64,000 nucleotides of DNA from an uncultured Acidimicrobiaceae bacterium. GTDB lineage: Bacteria; Actinomycetota; Acidimicrobiia; Acidimicrobiales; Bog-793. A program made the position numbers and the translations under genes. Positions 36,232 through 45,852 of this stretch are shown piece by piece. Each line of letters starts with the position of its first letter. Position 1 is the first letter of the stretch. The notes beneath the pieces are model-generated. The model was not told the origin of the DNA. It searched no databases and saw nothing but the letters and a program-made list of their open reading frames with translations. The stretch is taken from positions 16,225 through 80,224 of the forward strand of contig CAWDKZ010000011.1 in NCBI GenBank assembly GCA_963803025.1, written 5' to 3'.

Positions 36232-37002
36232 ATGAAGTTCCGACACATGGCACCGCTGGTCGCCGGCGCGGCGATGATGGTCGTCGCCTCGCTCGGCGTC
36301 GTCTCGACGGCCTCGGCCGACACGACCACGACGACGACACCGGCGTCTCTCTCGCAGATGCAGGCGAAGCTCGAGGCAGAGCTCGCCGCCCGTCAGACCC
36401 AGCTCAGCACGCTCACGACCGACGTGTCGAGCTCCAAGACACTGACCGGGTCGGACGCCGCCGCGCTGTCGTCGAGCCTGTCGACCGAGACGTCGAACAT
36501 CGGCGCGCTCGTCACCAAGGTCCCGACCGACACCACGGTCGCCGAGCTCCGCGTCGACGCGCAGGCGATGTTCCGGGACAACAGGGTCTTCGACGTCATG
36601 ACTCCGCAGGTGCACCTCACCATCGCGGCGGACTCGGTGCATGCGAACGCCGGCACGATCCTCGCCGACGGTCCCACGATCACCGCGGCGTTGGCGGCCC
36701 GCACCAGCGACAAGGGCTATGCCCGCGTCGAGGCGCTGTTCACGTCCCTGACCGCGAAGGCGACCGATGCGCAGTCTGCGCTGACCAGCGTCTCGTCCGA
36801 CGTGCTGGCACAGACACCCGCCGGGTGGCCGGGCAACGCCCACGTCTTCGTCCAGGCGAAGGTCGAGATCCTGCGTGCCCGCATCGACCTCGCCTATGCC
36901 CGGGCCGAGCTCCGGCTCGTCGAGCGCTGGATCAGCCGCTACCCGGTTCCGGCCGGTGCGACCGGCACGAGCACCACCACCACGACCACGGCGAACGGAT
37001 AG
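36232..37002 (+). CDS. Secreted all-alpha protein of unknown function, with Thr runs at both ends of the mature chain
   Basis: An AGGAG RBS sits at 36221. The signal peptide is MKFRHMAPLVAGAAMMVVASLGVVSTASA. The mature N-terminus is DTTTTTTP and the C-terminus is TSTTTTTTANG. Confidence 0.6.
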   Translation: MKFRHMAPLVAGAAMMVVASLGVVSTASADTTTTTTPASLSQMQAKLEAELAARQTQLSTLTTDVSSSKTLTGSDAAALSSSLSTETSNIGALVTKVPTDTTVAELRVDAQAMFRDNRVFDVMTPQVHLTIAADSVHANAGTILADGPTITAALAARTSDKGYARVEALFTSLTAKATDAQSALTSVSSDVLAQTPAGWPGNAHVFVQAKVEILRARIDLAYARAELRLVERWISRYPVPAGATGTSTTTTTTANG

Positions 37003-37202
37003 GCCGAACGCGACCTGCATCGCCCGACGTCTTTCGTCGGACCTGAGAGTCTGACGAAGCGGGCGGACGTCGCATCGTTCTTGCGGTCGGCGGCAGGATC
37101 GGGGCCCGCTTTCCCCCGCGGCTCCGGTCCTGCTGTCGCGTCCGGGGACCTCCGGATCCTCCCCAGCCGTGGGCACCCGCGCCGTCGCGGGACGCGCGTC
37201 GC

Positions 37203-39275
37203 CTAGCGAAGGTCGCGATGACGACGCAGCCGCTCGGCGCGCAGCGCCCGCTCCTCGTCGTCGGGAAGGGCTTCGAGCCGGCGGCCGGTGGCGAGAGCGA
37301 GGAGGAGATCGGCGACGGCCGGGTTGCGGGCGAGGACCGGTCCGTGGAGGTAGGTGCCGAAAACCCTGCCCGCGACGGCCCCGTCGACGGCGCCGAAGCC
37401 GTTCCCGATCCCCGCCGTGACGCGCGCGAACGGCCGGAGCTGCGGACCGAGTCGCGTGCGCGCTTGGTGGTTCTCGAAGCCGCTCAGTGTCTCGAGTGGG
37501 ACCGGCCAGGCCTCGTCGACGAGTGGGACCGCGACGACCTCACCGACGGCGCGGCGTTCGGCGGTGCGCCCGGTCGAGGCGTCGACGAGGCCGACGCCTT
37601 CGTGGTCACGTCCGTCAGCTCCGGGAAAGACGGTCCCGACGATCTGGAATCCCGCGCACACCGCGAGCACCGTCGCGCCGCCGGCGACCGCCCGGGCGAG
37701 CGCGCCGTCGCGCAGACGCTCGGCGGAGTGGATCTGTGGTCCGTCCTCACCCCCCCCGAGGCAGTAGATGTCGCCCGAGGTCGGCAGGGGCCGATCGGAC
37801 GGTGCCGCGACGAGCTCGACGGGGAAACCCCGCCACGCGGCCCGGTTCTCGAGCACGCGGCCGTTGCCGTAGTCGCCGTAGGTCCCGAGCAGATCAGGGT
37901 GGACGACGACGACCCGCAAGCGGGACTCGCCGGCGCGTCGGCTCGTTGCCGGGCGGGCGGGCGCGACGGGGAGCGGCGGCGGGGGTGCGGCGGCGGGCGT
38001 TGGCTCAGCCGGGCGCGCCCGGTGGGCGAGACGGCGCCGCATCACCTGGAAGGCGGTGTAGTTACCGATGTAGTCGACGCGGCCGTCGCCGGCGATCTCG
38101 ACGGCGCGCAGAGGATCCGCCTCGACGACGTGCCGCGCCCCGGCGTGGCGGAGACGCACCGCGAGGTCGAGCCGGCGATCGCCGCTCGCGACGACGAACC
38201 GGTCGCCGATCCGCTCGAACGGGACGTCCCACAGCCAGGAGGGATCGTGGCCGTCGGCGGAACGGGCATTGATGCCGATGACGAGCGGGACGTGGTCGGT
38301 TTCGACGAGCCCGAGCAGTTCGGTCCAGCCGGCGGGGTTCTTCGCCAGCAACAGGCGGACCGTGCGACCACGGTGGCCGACGACAGCGAAACGTCCGGCG
38401 ACCTCCGTGACGCGGCGCGCGGCCTGCAGTGCCTCGGGGATCGTGACACCGAGCGCCGTCGCCGCGAGCGCCGCCATCGCCGCGTTCGCCCGGTTGAAGC
38501 GCCCAGGGAGCGAGAGCTCGATCCGGTGCGAGCCCCCGTCGGCGAGGACGAGGTTCTCGCCGACGACGGCCGCGGCGGGATCCGGCCGAGAAAAGCCACA
38601 GCTGCAGCGCCACGCCGCGCCGCCGTCGCTGTCGGCCTCGCGCTCGAACGTGATGCGGCCGTCACAGGCCGGACAGTGGTAGGCGTCCTCGTGCCACAGC
38701 GAACCGGCCGCGACCCACACGACGTGCCGTGCTTGACCGGCGGCGTAGGCGACGAGCGGGTCGTCGGCGTTCGCCACGACGGTCGCGTCGAGGCCCTCCA
38801 AGGTGTGGCGCCAACGCGCCGCGACCATCCGGACCTCGCTCATCCGGTCGAGCTGGTCGCGCGAGAGGTTGAGGAGGACGATCACCGCGGGGTCGAGAAC
38901 GTGCGCCGCGATCTCGAGATACCGCTCGTCGACCTCGAGAACGGCCGGTGCCCCGGCGGGCGAGTGGGCGAGCGCGCTCACGAGGCCCGCCGGCATGTTC
39001 GCCCCGAAGCCTGACGAAGCGACCGTCCCGGGTCCCCCGAGCGCCTCGACGAGGAGTCGCGTCGTCGTCGTCTTGCCGTTCGTCCCGGTGACGAGGGCGA
39101 CGCGCCTGGCGTGACCGAGCGTGTCGAGGAGGTCGGGGGCGATGAGGAGTCCGACCCGACCGCCGATCGTCGAGCCGCTGCCGAGCCGCAGGGCGCGGGA
39201 GAGCCGGCTCGTCGCGCGTAGCGCCCGCGTCGCGACCGCCGCTCGCAGGGGGCTCGTCGCTGGAGAAGTCGCCAC
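37203..39275 (-). CDS. murT-gatD: Fused MurT (Mur-ligase-like) and GatD (CobQ-type glutamine amidotransferase): lipid II isoglutaminyl synthase in one ORF
   Basis: The N-terminal part shows VALVTGTNGKTTT, a Cys4 ribbon (CPACDGR...CSCGF) and a DUF1727-like end (HDPSWLWDVPFE...NYTAFQ). A linker ARPAEPTPAAAPPPPLPVAPARPAT follows. The C-terminal part shows VVVVHPDLLGTYGDYGN, the nucleophile in LAVCAGFQ and YLHGPVLARNP. The frame is uninterrupted over 690 aa. Confidence 0.8.
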   Translation of the reverse strand: MATSPATSPLRAAVATRALRATSRLSRALRLGSGSTIGGRVGLLIAPDLLDTLGHARRVALVTGTNGKTTTTRLLVEALGGPGTVASSGFGANMPAGLVSALAHSPAGAPAVLEVDERYLEIAAHVLDPAVIVLLNLSRDQLDRMSEVRMVAARWRHTLEGLDATVVANADDPLVAYAAGQARHVVWVAAGSLWHEDAYHCPACDGRITFEREADSDGGAAWRCSCGFSRPDPAAAVVGENLVLADGGSHRIELSLPGRFNRANAAMAALAATALGVTIPEALQAARRVTEVAGRFAVVGHRGRTVRLLLAKNPAGWTELLGLVETDHVPLVIGINARSADGHDPSWLWDVPFERIGDRFVVASGDRRLDLAVRLRHAGARHVVEADPLRAVEIAGDGRVDYIGNYTAFQVMRRRLAHRARPAEPTPAAAPPPPLPVAPARPATSRRAGESRLRVVVVHPDLLGTYGDYGNGRVLENRAAWRGFPVELVAAPSDRPLPTSGDIYCLGGGEDGPQIHSAERLRDGALARAVAGGATVLAVCAGFQIVGTVFPGADGRDHEGVGLVDASTGRTAERRAVGEVVAVPLVDEAWPVPLETLSGFENHQARTRLGPQLRPFARVTAGIGNGFGAVDGAVAGRVFGTYLHGPVLARNPAVADLLLALATGRRLEALPDDEERALRAERLRRHRDLR

Positions 39276-39382
39276 GCCAGCTCCCTCTGTCGTCCGGACC
39301 GTCCGGCGGTCGCCGAGAAGACGCTAGAGGTTGCGGGCGCGCCGTAGCGACCGGGCGGGCGAGCCGTGGCTTCTCGTCGGAC

Positions 39383-40290
39383 GTGGTGGGCGGGTACGGT
39401 CGGTCGGTGCCGGACGTCGTGTTCGTCGGGGTTTCGACGGGGCAATCGCTCGTCCATCGCGTCTGGCCAGTCTGGCAGCCCCTGTTGGGCACGACGTGCG
39501 GGGTGCGCGGCACCGACCTCGGCCTCGGCGTCGGCGACGAGGACTACGTGGGGCTCCTCGAGCGCCTCCGGAACGACGAAAGCGCGGCCGGCGCCGTCAT
39601 CACCGCCCACAAGGTGCGTGTCTACGCGGCCGGCGAGGCCTGCTTCGCGCGCCTCGACCCGCTCTCGCTCGCCTGTCGGGAGGTCAACGCGATCCGTCGC
39701 ACGACAGGTGGCCTGTGGGGCTGGGCTCGAGACCCGATCTCGGTCGGGCGGGTCGTCGACCGCATCTGGCCGAGCCGGGAAGGACAGGTCGTCTGTCTCG
39801 GCGCGGGGGGCACGGCGAGGGCCCTCGCACACCACCTCGCGGCCCGCGCCGAGGTGGAGTTCGTCTGCGCCGACCGGGACCCGGCCGCGGTGGGTGAACT
39901 CGTCCGCCGGCTCGCCGGGCGAGCCGTCGGTCATGTCGGCGAAGGACCGTGGGACGACCTCGTCGGCTCGGCGCCACCCGGATCGCTCGTCGTCAACGCC
40001 ACGGGAATGGGCAAGGACCGTCCGGGCACGCCGATCTCAGACGGGGCGCGTTTCCCGCCCGCGCCGTGGTGTGGGAGCTCAACTACCGGGGGGAGCTCGA
40101 GTTCCTCGGGCAGGCCCGCCGCCAGGCCGACGCGACCCGGCTCGAGGTCCACGACGGCTGGCAGCTCTTCTGCCACGGTTGGGCCGCGGCCCTCTCCGTC
40201 GTCCTCGACCTCGCCGACGAGGCCGATCTCGGCGACCGCCTGATGCGGGCGGCCGCGGCCTGGCGTCCGCCGGGCGGCGGAGACGAGTGA
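39383..40290 (+). pseudogene. Shikimate-dehydrogenase-family protein with a frameshift near 40054-40062
   Basis: Frame 2 reads VFVGVSTGQSLVHRVWP...VVCLGAGGTARA (Rossmann)...NATGMGKDRPGTPISDGARFP. Frame 1 continues AVVWELNYRGELEFLGQARRQ...GWQLFCHGWAAAL. The junction lies at the C-rich string TTTCCCGCCCGC. Confidence 0.7.
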
Positions 40291-40429
40291 CACGGCCCCG
40301 TCGGCCGGTTCGCCGGGCGCGGCGCGCCCTGCAACCGGCGGCGCCCGGTCGCGCCCGGGGCCGCCGGCAATGTCCGGATCCGCCGGCGGCGGGCACTAAG
40401 GTCATTTGCCACCGAGGAGGAGCGCGCCC

Positions 40430-40789
40430 GTGCCGGAGTCTCACCCCGCCAGCCCCGACGTACCCGAGATCGAACCGTCCGAGGCCGTGCAGCTGGTCGG
40501 CGCAGGCGCGGTGATCCTCGACGTGCGAGAGACCGACGAGTTCTCCCAGGGCCGCGCCAAGGGCGCGTTCCACATCCCTTTCAGCTCGCTCGCCGATCGC
40601 CTCGCGGAGGTTCCGGTCGACCGTCCCGTCATCGTGGTGTGCCGCTCCGGGGGGCGCTCGTATTGGGCGGCGAAGTCGCTCGCGACGCGGGGCTACGTCT
40701 CGATGAACCTCGCTGGCGGGATGCACGCCTGGCACGACGAGGGGCTACCGGTCGTGCGCGACGACGGCTCGCCCGGGGTCGTCGCCTAG
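40430..40789 (+). CDS. Single-domain rhodanese (sulfurtransferase)
   Basis: AVILDVRETDEF is followed by the active-site loop VVCRSGGRS. A GAGGAGG RBS lies 9 nt before the GTG at 40430. Confidence 0.8.
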   Translation: MPESHPASPDVPEIEPSEAVQLVGAGAVILDVRETDEFSQGRAKGAFHIPFSSLADRLAEVPVDRPVIVVCRSGGRSYWAAKSLATRGYVSMNLAGGMHAWHDEGLPVVRDDGSPGVVA

Positions 40790-40893
40790 CGGCGACGAGG
40801 CTCGGTCGCGACCGGTGCTCTTGGCAACGGCGGGCCCGGACGGCGGCTCCGTGCGATCTCCCCGCCGCCGAGCGGCAGGTCCCGAGGAGGGTG

Positions 40894-42402
40894 ATGGCGT
40901 TTCTCGATGAGGGTTTCGCGGCGCTGCCGTTCGACGCGCTCCGCTCGGCCGCGCTCGAACGGGCGGCGGCGCTCGGCTGTCGTCACGCCGATCTGCGCAT
41001 CGAGAAGATCCGGACCCAGTCGGTCGTGCTGCGGGACGCGCGCCTCGAGGGAGCCGTCGACGACGTCACGATCGGCATGGGGGTCCGCGTCGTCCTCGAC
41101 GGGGCGATCGGCTTCGCGGGCACCGTCGAAGTCGACGTCGACGCGGCTGCCAGCCTCGTGGCCCGCGCCGTCGAGGCGGCGAAGGTCACCGCGAAGGCCG
41201 GGGGAGAGGCGGTCGAACTGGCCGACGAGCCCGACCACGGCACCGTCGCGTGGACGGCGCCGTACCGGGTCGACCCGACCGCGGTGCCCCTCGCCGACAA
41301 GATCGCGCGCCTCGGCGCCTGGAGCGCCGATCTGCTCGCCGCCCCCGGGGTCGACCACGTCACGGCGTCGCTGCTCTGCGTCGCCGAGGACAAGTACCTC
41401 GCCAACCTCGCCGGGACGGTCGCGACGCAACGGCGCGTCCGGCTGCAGCCGAGTCTCGAGGCGCTCGCCGTGAACGAGGACTCGTGCTCGTTCGAGACGA
41501 TGCGGACCGTCGGGCCGCCGGCCGGCCGGGGCTACGAGTACCTCGACGGGGACGGGTGGGACTTCGCGGGCGAGCTCGCCGAGCTCCCGGGGCTCCTCGC
41601 CGAGAAGCTGCGCGCCCCCAGCGTCGAACCGGGCCCGTACGACCTCGTGCTCGACCCGACGAACCTCTGGCTCACCGTCCACGAGTCCGTCGGCCACGCC
41701 ACCGAGCTCGACCGGGCGCTCGGCTACGAGGCCGCCTACGCCGGGACGTCGTTCGCGACGATCGACAAGCTCGGCCACCTCCGCTACGGCTCCGACCTCA
41801 TGAACGTGACCGGCGACCGGACGGCCCCGTACGGGCTCGCCTCGATCGGCTACGACGACGAGGGCGTCGCCGCCCAGCAGTTCGACCTGGTGTCGCGCGG
41901 CGTCCTCGTCGGTTACCAGCTCGACCGGCGCATCGCCGCCTTGACCGGGATCGGCCGCTCCAACGGGTGTGCTTTCGCCGACTCGCCGCTCAACATCCCC
42001 GTCCAGCGCATGGCGAACGTCTCGCTCCGTCCCGCCGCCGGCCGGGGACCGACGACGAGCGAACTGATCGGGTCGGTCGAGCGCGGGATCTACGTCGTCG
42101 GCGACAAGAGCTGGTCGATCGATATGCAGCGTTACAACTTCCAGTTCACCGGGCAGCGGTTCTTCCTCATCGACCACGGCAGACTCGTCGGACAGCTGCG
42201 CGACGTCGCCTATCAGGCGACGACGACCGACTTCTGGGGGTCACTCGCGGCCCTCGGGGGCGAGTCGACGTACCTGCTCGGCGGGGCCTTCAACTGCGGC
42301 AAGGGTCAGCCGGGGCAGGTCGCGCCGGTGAGTCACGGCACGCCGAGCGCGCTGTTCACGCAGGTCCGCGTGCTGAATACCCGGGCGGAGTCGGGACGAT
42401 GA
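40894..42402 (+). CDS. tldD: TldD-family metalloprotease
   Basis: The metal motif is HESVGHATELD and the TldD/PmbA fold pattern is present. A GAGGAGG RBS precedes the start. The stop overlaps the pmbA ATG (ATGA at 42399-42402). Confidence 0.85.
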   Translation: MAFLDEGFAALPFDALRSAALERAAALGCRHADLRIEKIRTQSVVLRDARLEGAVDDVTIGMGVRVVLDGAIGFAGTVEVDVDAAASLVARAVEAAKVTAKAGGEAVELADEPDHGTVAWTAPYRVDPTAVPLADKIARLGAWSADLLAAPGVDHVTASLLCVAEDKYLANLAGTVATQRRVRLQPSLEALAVNEDSCSFETMRTVGPPAGRGYEYLDGDGWDFAGELAELPGLLAEKLRAPSVEPGPYDLVLDPTNLWLTVHESVGHATELDRALGYEAAYAGTSFATIDKLGHLRYGSDLMNVTGDRTAPYGLASIGYDDEGVAAQQFDLVSRGVLVGYQLDRRIAALTGIGRSNGCAFADSPLNIPVQRMANVSLRPAAGRGPTTSELIGSVERGIYVVGDKSWSIDMQRYNFQFTGQRFFLIDHGRLVGQLRDVAYQATTTDFWGSLAALGGESTYLLGGAFNCGKGQPGQVAPVSHGTPSALFTQVRVLNTRAESGR

Positions 42403-43799
42403 CAGCGAAGCCGACGATGGGGCTTCCCGCGGCACCCGACGTCGTGGAGGAGGCGCTCGGCGCTGCGCGCGCCGCCGCGTGCGTCGTCATCGTCGACGAG
42501 CTGAGCGACGCCAACGTGCGCTTCGCGAACAACACGACGACGACGAACGGCGTGCGGCGGGACCGCCGGGTGACCGTCGTGAGCTTCGCCGAGACGGCGT
42601 CCGGGACGCGGGCGGGGGTAGCCTCAGCGAGCGGCCCGCTCGACGTCGCCGGGCTCGTCGCCGCGGCGGAGGCGGACGCCGCGGGCTCGGCGCCGGCCGA
42701 CGACGCTTCGCCGCTCGAGCCGACGCGAGTCGACCCGACCTTCGAGACGCCGCCCGAGACGACCGACCTCGGCGTGTTCGCCGGGGTGCTCGAGGACTTG
42801 CGGCCGGCGTTCGGGGCCGCCCGGGCCGAGGGGCGCGTGCTCGCCGGCTTCGCGATCCACGAGATGCGCACGACCTACCTCGGCTCGTCGGCGGGAGGAC
42901 GTCGCCGTTACGTCCAGCCGACGGGTGCCTTCGAGCTCGTCGCCCGCACCGCCGACGGAACGGCGTCGTCGTGGGCGGGATTGGGCACGCCCGACTTCGC
43001 CGACGTCTCGCTCGAGCGCCTCGACGCGCAGCTCACGCGCCGGTTGGCGTGGGCCGGACGGCGCATCGACCTCGAGCCCGGCCGCTACGAGGTGATCCTG
43101 CCTCCGGACGCCGTCGCCGACCTCGTGTTGGAGCTCGACTTCGCGGCGAGCGGCCGGGAGGTCGAGGACGGCGGCACGGTGTACTCGGCGGGGTCGGGTC
43201 GCACCCGGCTCGGCGAGCGACTGACCGGGCTGCCCTTCGACATGTGGAGCGACCCGTCGGCGCCCGGCCTCGAGTGCGCGCCGTTCGTTGTCGCTTCGTC
43301 GTCCGGTGTCGACACGTCGGTGTTCGACAACGGCCTGCCGATCGGCGAGGTGCACTGGATCCGCGACGGCGTCCTCGAGCAGCTCCGCTATCACCGTGCC
43401 GGGGCGCGGCGCTCGAACGTCGCCTTCGCCCCGCCCGCCGACAACCTGCTGCTCACGCTGCCCGATGCGGACCGCTCCCTGGACGACCTCGTCGCGCACA
43501 CCGAACGGGGCCTGCTGCTCACGTGCCTGTGGTACATCCGCGAGGTCGACCGGGCGACGCTGCTCTTGACCGGGCTCACCCGCGACGGCGTCTACCTCGT
43601 CGAGGGTGGCGAGGTCGTCGGCGCGGTGAACAACTTCCGGTTCAACGAGAGCCCGCTCGACGCGCTCGGGCGGACGATCGAGGCGAGCAGGACCGAGCGG
43701 GCGCTCTCGCGGGAGTGGCACGAGTGGGCGAACCGCACGGCGATGCCCGGGCTGCGGGTCGCCGACTTCAACATGAGCTCGGTCAGCCCCGCGAGTTGA
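42399..43799 (+). CDS. pmbA: PmbA/TldE-family partner of TldD
   Basis: It is a 466-aa paralogue lacking HExxxH and containing VRFANNTTTTNG. It is translationally coupled to tldD. Confidence 0.8.
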   Translation: MTAKPTMGLPAAPDVVEEALGAARAAACVVIVDELSDANVRFANNTTTTNGVRRDRRVTVVSFAETASGTRAGVASASGPLDVAGLVAAAEADAAGSAPADDASPLEPTRVDPTFETPPETTDLGVFAGVLEDLRPAFGAARAEGRVLAGFAIHEMRTTYLGSSAGGRRRYVQPTGAFELVARTADGTASSWAGLGTPDFADVSLERLDAQLTRRLAWAGRRIDLEPGRYEVILPPDAVADLVLELDFAASGREVEDGGTVYSAGSGRTRLGERLTGLPFDMWSDPSAPGLECAPFVVASSSGVDTSVFDNGLPIGEVHWIRDGVLEQLRYHRAGARRSNVAFAPPADNLLLTLPDADRSLDDLVAHTERGLLLTCLWYIREVDRATLLLTGLTRDGVYLVEGGEVVGAVNNFRFNESPLDALGRTIEASRTERALSREWHEWANRTAMPGLRVADFNMSSVSPAS

Positions 43800-43856
43800 G
43801 GACCGACGATCGACGCGACCGCGCCACCCGAGGCGGACCTCGGGCATGCTGGGGAC

Positions 43857-45383
43857 ATGAACCCCGTCGACCCCGCGCCGGGTGCCGCCCGTTCCCGGCG
43901 CAAGCCCGGCGCAAAGGCGTTCGTGCGTGGCGCCGCCCCCGGCGGCGGTCGCGGACCCCGCCGGCGGACGAAGATCGTCGCGACGATCGGCCCGGCCTCG
44001 GACGCCGCCGAGACGCTCGTCGGGATGGCGCAGGCGGGGATGGACGTCGCCCGGATCCCGCTCGCCCACTCGTCGATGTCCGAGGGGATCGAACGCATCC
44101 GGCGCATTCGAGCCGTCATCCCGCAGGTCGCGGTTCTCGTCGATCTTCCCGGCCCGAAGATCCGTTCCACGCGCTTCGCCGACGGCGGCGTCACCCTCAC
44201 GGCCGGCGACGAGGTCGTGCTCGCTCCCGGATCGGCGTCGCCGTCGAGCACGGCGACGCGGATCGGCGTCGCCCTCGACGAGGCGGTCGCTGACCTGGAG
44301 GAGGGCGACCGCGTCGCGATCGGCGACGGCGGAGTCTCGCTCGTCGTCGTCGGGCGGCACGGCGACGACGCTGTGTGCGCGGTGGTGAGCGGTGGCCGCG
44401 TCCAGGGCCAGCCCGGGGTGACGATCCCGGCAAGCCGGATCGCGCTGACGACGCCGACGCCCGAGGACATCGGGCGGATCCATGAGCTCGTCGCCGAGGG
44501 CGTCGACCACATCGCGGTCTCCTTCGTGCGCTTCCCGGCCGACATGGAGGCCGCGCGCGCCGCGCTCGAGGGTGACAAGACGATGCTCGTCGCCAAGATC
44601 GAGACGCCCGACGGCATCGCGCACCTCGAGGAGATCCTCCGGGCGAGCGACGCGGTCATGGTCGCGCGGGGCGATCTCGGCGTGCGGGTGCCCCTCGAGG
44701 ACGTGCCGCACCTGCAGAAGCAGATCATCCGCACCGGTGTCCGTCTCGGCCTGCCGGTCATCACGGCCACCCAGATGCTCGAGTCGATGATCAACCTGCC
44801 GGTTCCGACCCGTGCCGAGGTGACCGATGTCGCGAACGCCGTCCTCGACGGCACGAGCGCCGTCATGCTCTCGGCGGAGACTGCGATCGGACGGGATCCG
44901 GTGCGCGTCTGCGAGACGATGGCGCGCATCGTCCTGCGCACCGAGGAGGACTTCGACTACATGGGTTGGGGATCGCACCTCGACCCCCAGGAGGTCGCCG
45001 GCGACGCCTCGGCGCCGGCGCACGTGACCGCGGCGATCACCGCGGCGGGCTGGCGGGCGGCGCTCGAGATGGATGCTGCCGCCATCGTCGCCTGCACGAG
45101 ATCCGGTGCGACGGCGCGGGCGATCTCCCGCTTCCGGCCGCGCACGCGCATCGTCGCGGCGACGACCTCGAAGCGGGTGCAGCGTCAGCTCGCGCTGAGC
45201 TGGGGCGTCGAGACCGTCATCGTCGGCAGCTCGGTGTCGACCGACGACGTCATCCGGCAGGCGGTCGAGGCGAGCGTCGCGGCGGGTGCGGCCGCGTCGG
45301 GCGACGTCGTCGTCGTGCTCGCCGGCTCGCCGCACTCGGAGGTGGTCGTGTCGAACACGCTCGAGGTCGTCCGCGTCCCCTGA
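43857..45383 (+). CDS. pyk: Pyruvate kinase
   Basis: TKIVATIGPAS, DHIAVSFVR, KIETP, MVARGDLGV and ATQMLESM are pyruvate kinase motifs. The basic N-terminal extension of about 35 aa suggests the true start may be later. Confidence 0.9.
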   Translation: MNPVDPAPGAARSRRKPGAKAFVRGAAPGGGRGPRRRTKIVATIGPASDAAETLVGMAQAGMDVARIPLAHSSMSEGIERIRRIRAVIPQVAVLVDLPGPKIRSTRFADGGVTLTAGDEVVLAPGSASPSSTATRIGVALDEAVADLEEGDRVAIGDGGVSLVVVGRHGDDAVCAVVSGGRVQGQPGVTIPASRIALTTPTPEDIGRIHELVAEGVDHIAVSFVRFPADMEAARAALEGDKTMLVAKIETPDGIAHLEEILRASDAVMVARGDLGVRVPLEDVPHLQKQIIRTGVRLGLPVITATQMLESMINLPVPTRAEVTDVANAVLDGTSAVMLSAETAIGRDPVRVCETMARIVLRTEEDFDYMGWGSHLDPQEVAGDASAPAHVTAAITAAGWRAALEMDAAAIVACTRSGATARAISRFRPRTRIVAATTSKRVQRQLALSWGVETVIVGSSVSTDDVIRQAVEASVAAGAAASGDVVVVLAGSPHSEVVVSNTLEVVRVP

Positions 45384-45792
45384 GAAGGTGCGCGAAGAGT
45401 CACCTCCCCGCCGCGAGCTGTCGCGAGGTGCAGAGTCGACTCCAAGGTTGACTCCTCGAATCGTCAGAGCTCGCCCCTCGGGTCGCCAGCCGGGTGGGAG
45501 TTCGGAGCGGCCCTCTGTTCGCGAATGTCCCGGTGCGGCGCATGGAGGAGACCCTCAACGCTCATTCGGGGCGCGCGTTCTGGGCACTCGCCGAAGCGCA
45601 GATCGCCGGGTCGGGCGCGATCCGAAACTTCGGATCGGCTGTCGTTCTGTGCGGCGCGAACCGACGTGACGGGGCGTTCGACCCTCGGCGTTCGGGGACG
45701 CTGTTCTCGGACGGTCCCGTGATCGCTGCCCATGGCGCACTTCGGCGAACACGTTCGGAACCGCGGGAGTCACCTTCTCTGGCCGGGCTGGC

Positions 45793-45833
45793 TTGACAGC
45801 CCGGCCATAAACTGATATCACTTAACTATCAGT
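45793..45833 (+). promoter_or_regulatory. Candidate promoter (TTGACA, 17 nt, TATCAC) overlapping the inverted repeat ACTGATA-n9-TATCAGT upstream of the SPFH gene
   Basis: TTGACA lies at 45793-45798 and the inverted-repeat arms at 45811-45817 and 45827-45833. It sits in an AT-richer patch about 20 nt before the GGGAGGAG RBS and the ATG at 45853. Confidence 0.3.
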
Positions 45834-45852
45834 CAACCGGGAGGAGCCAGCC

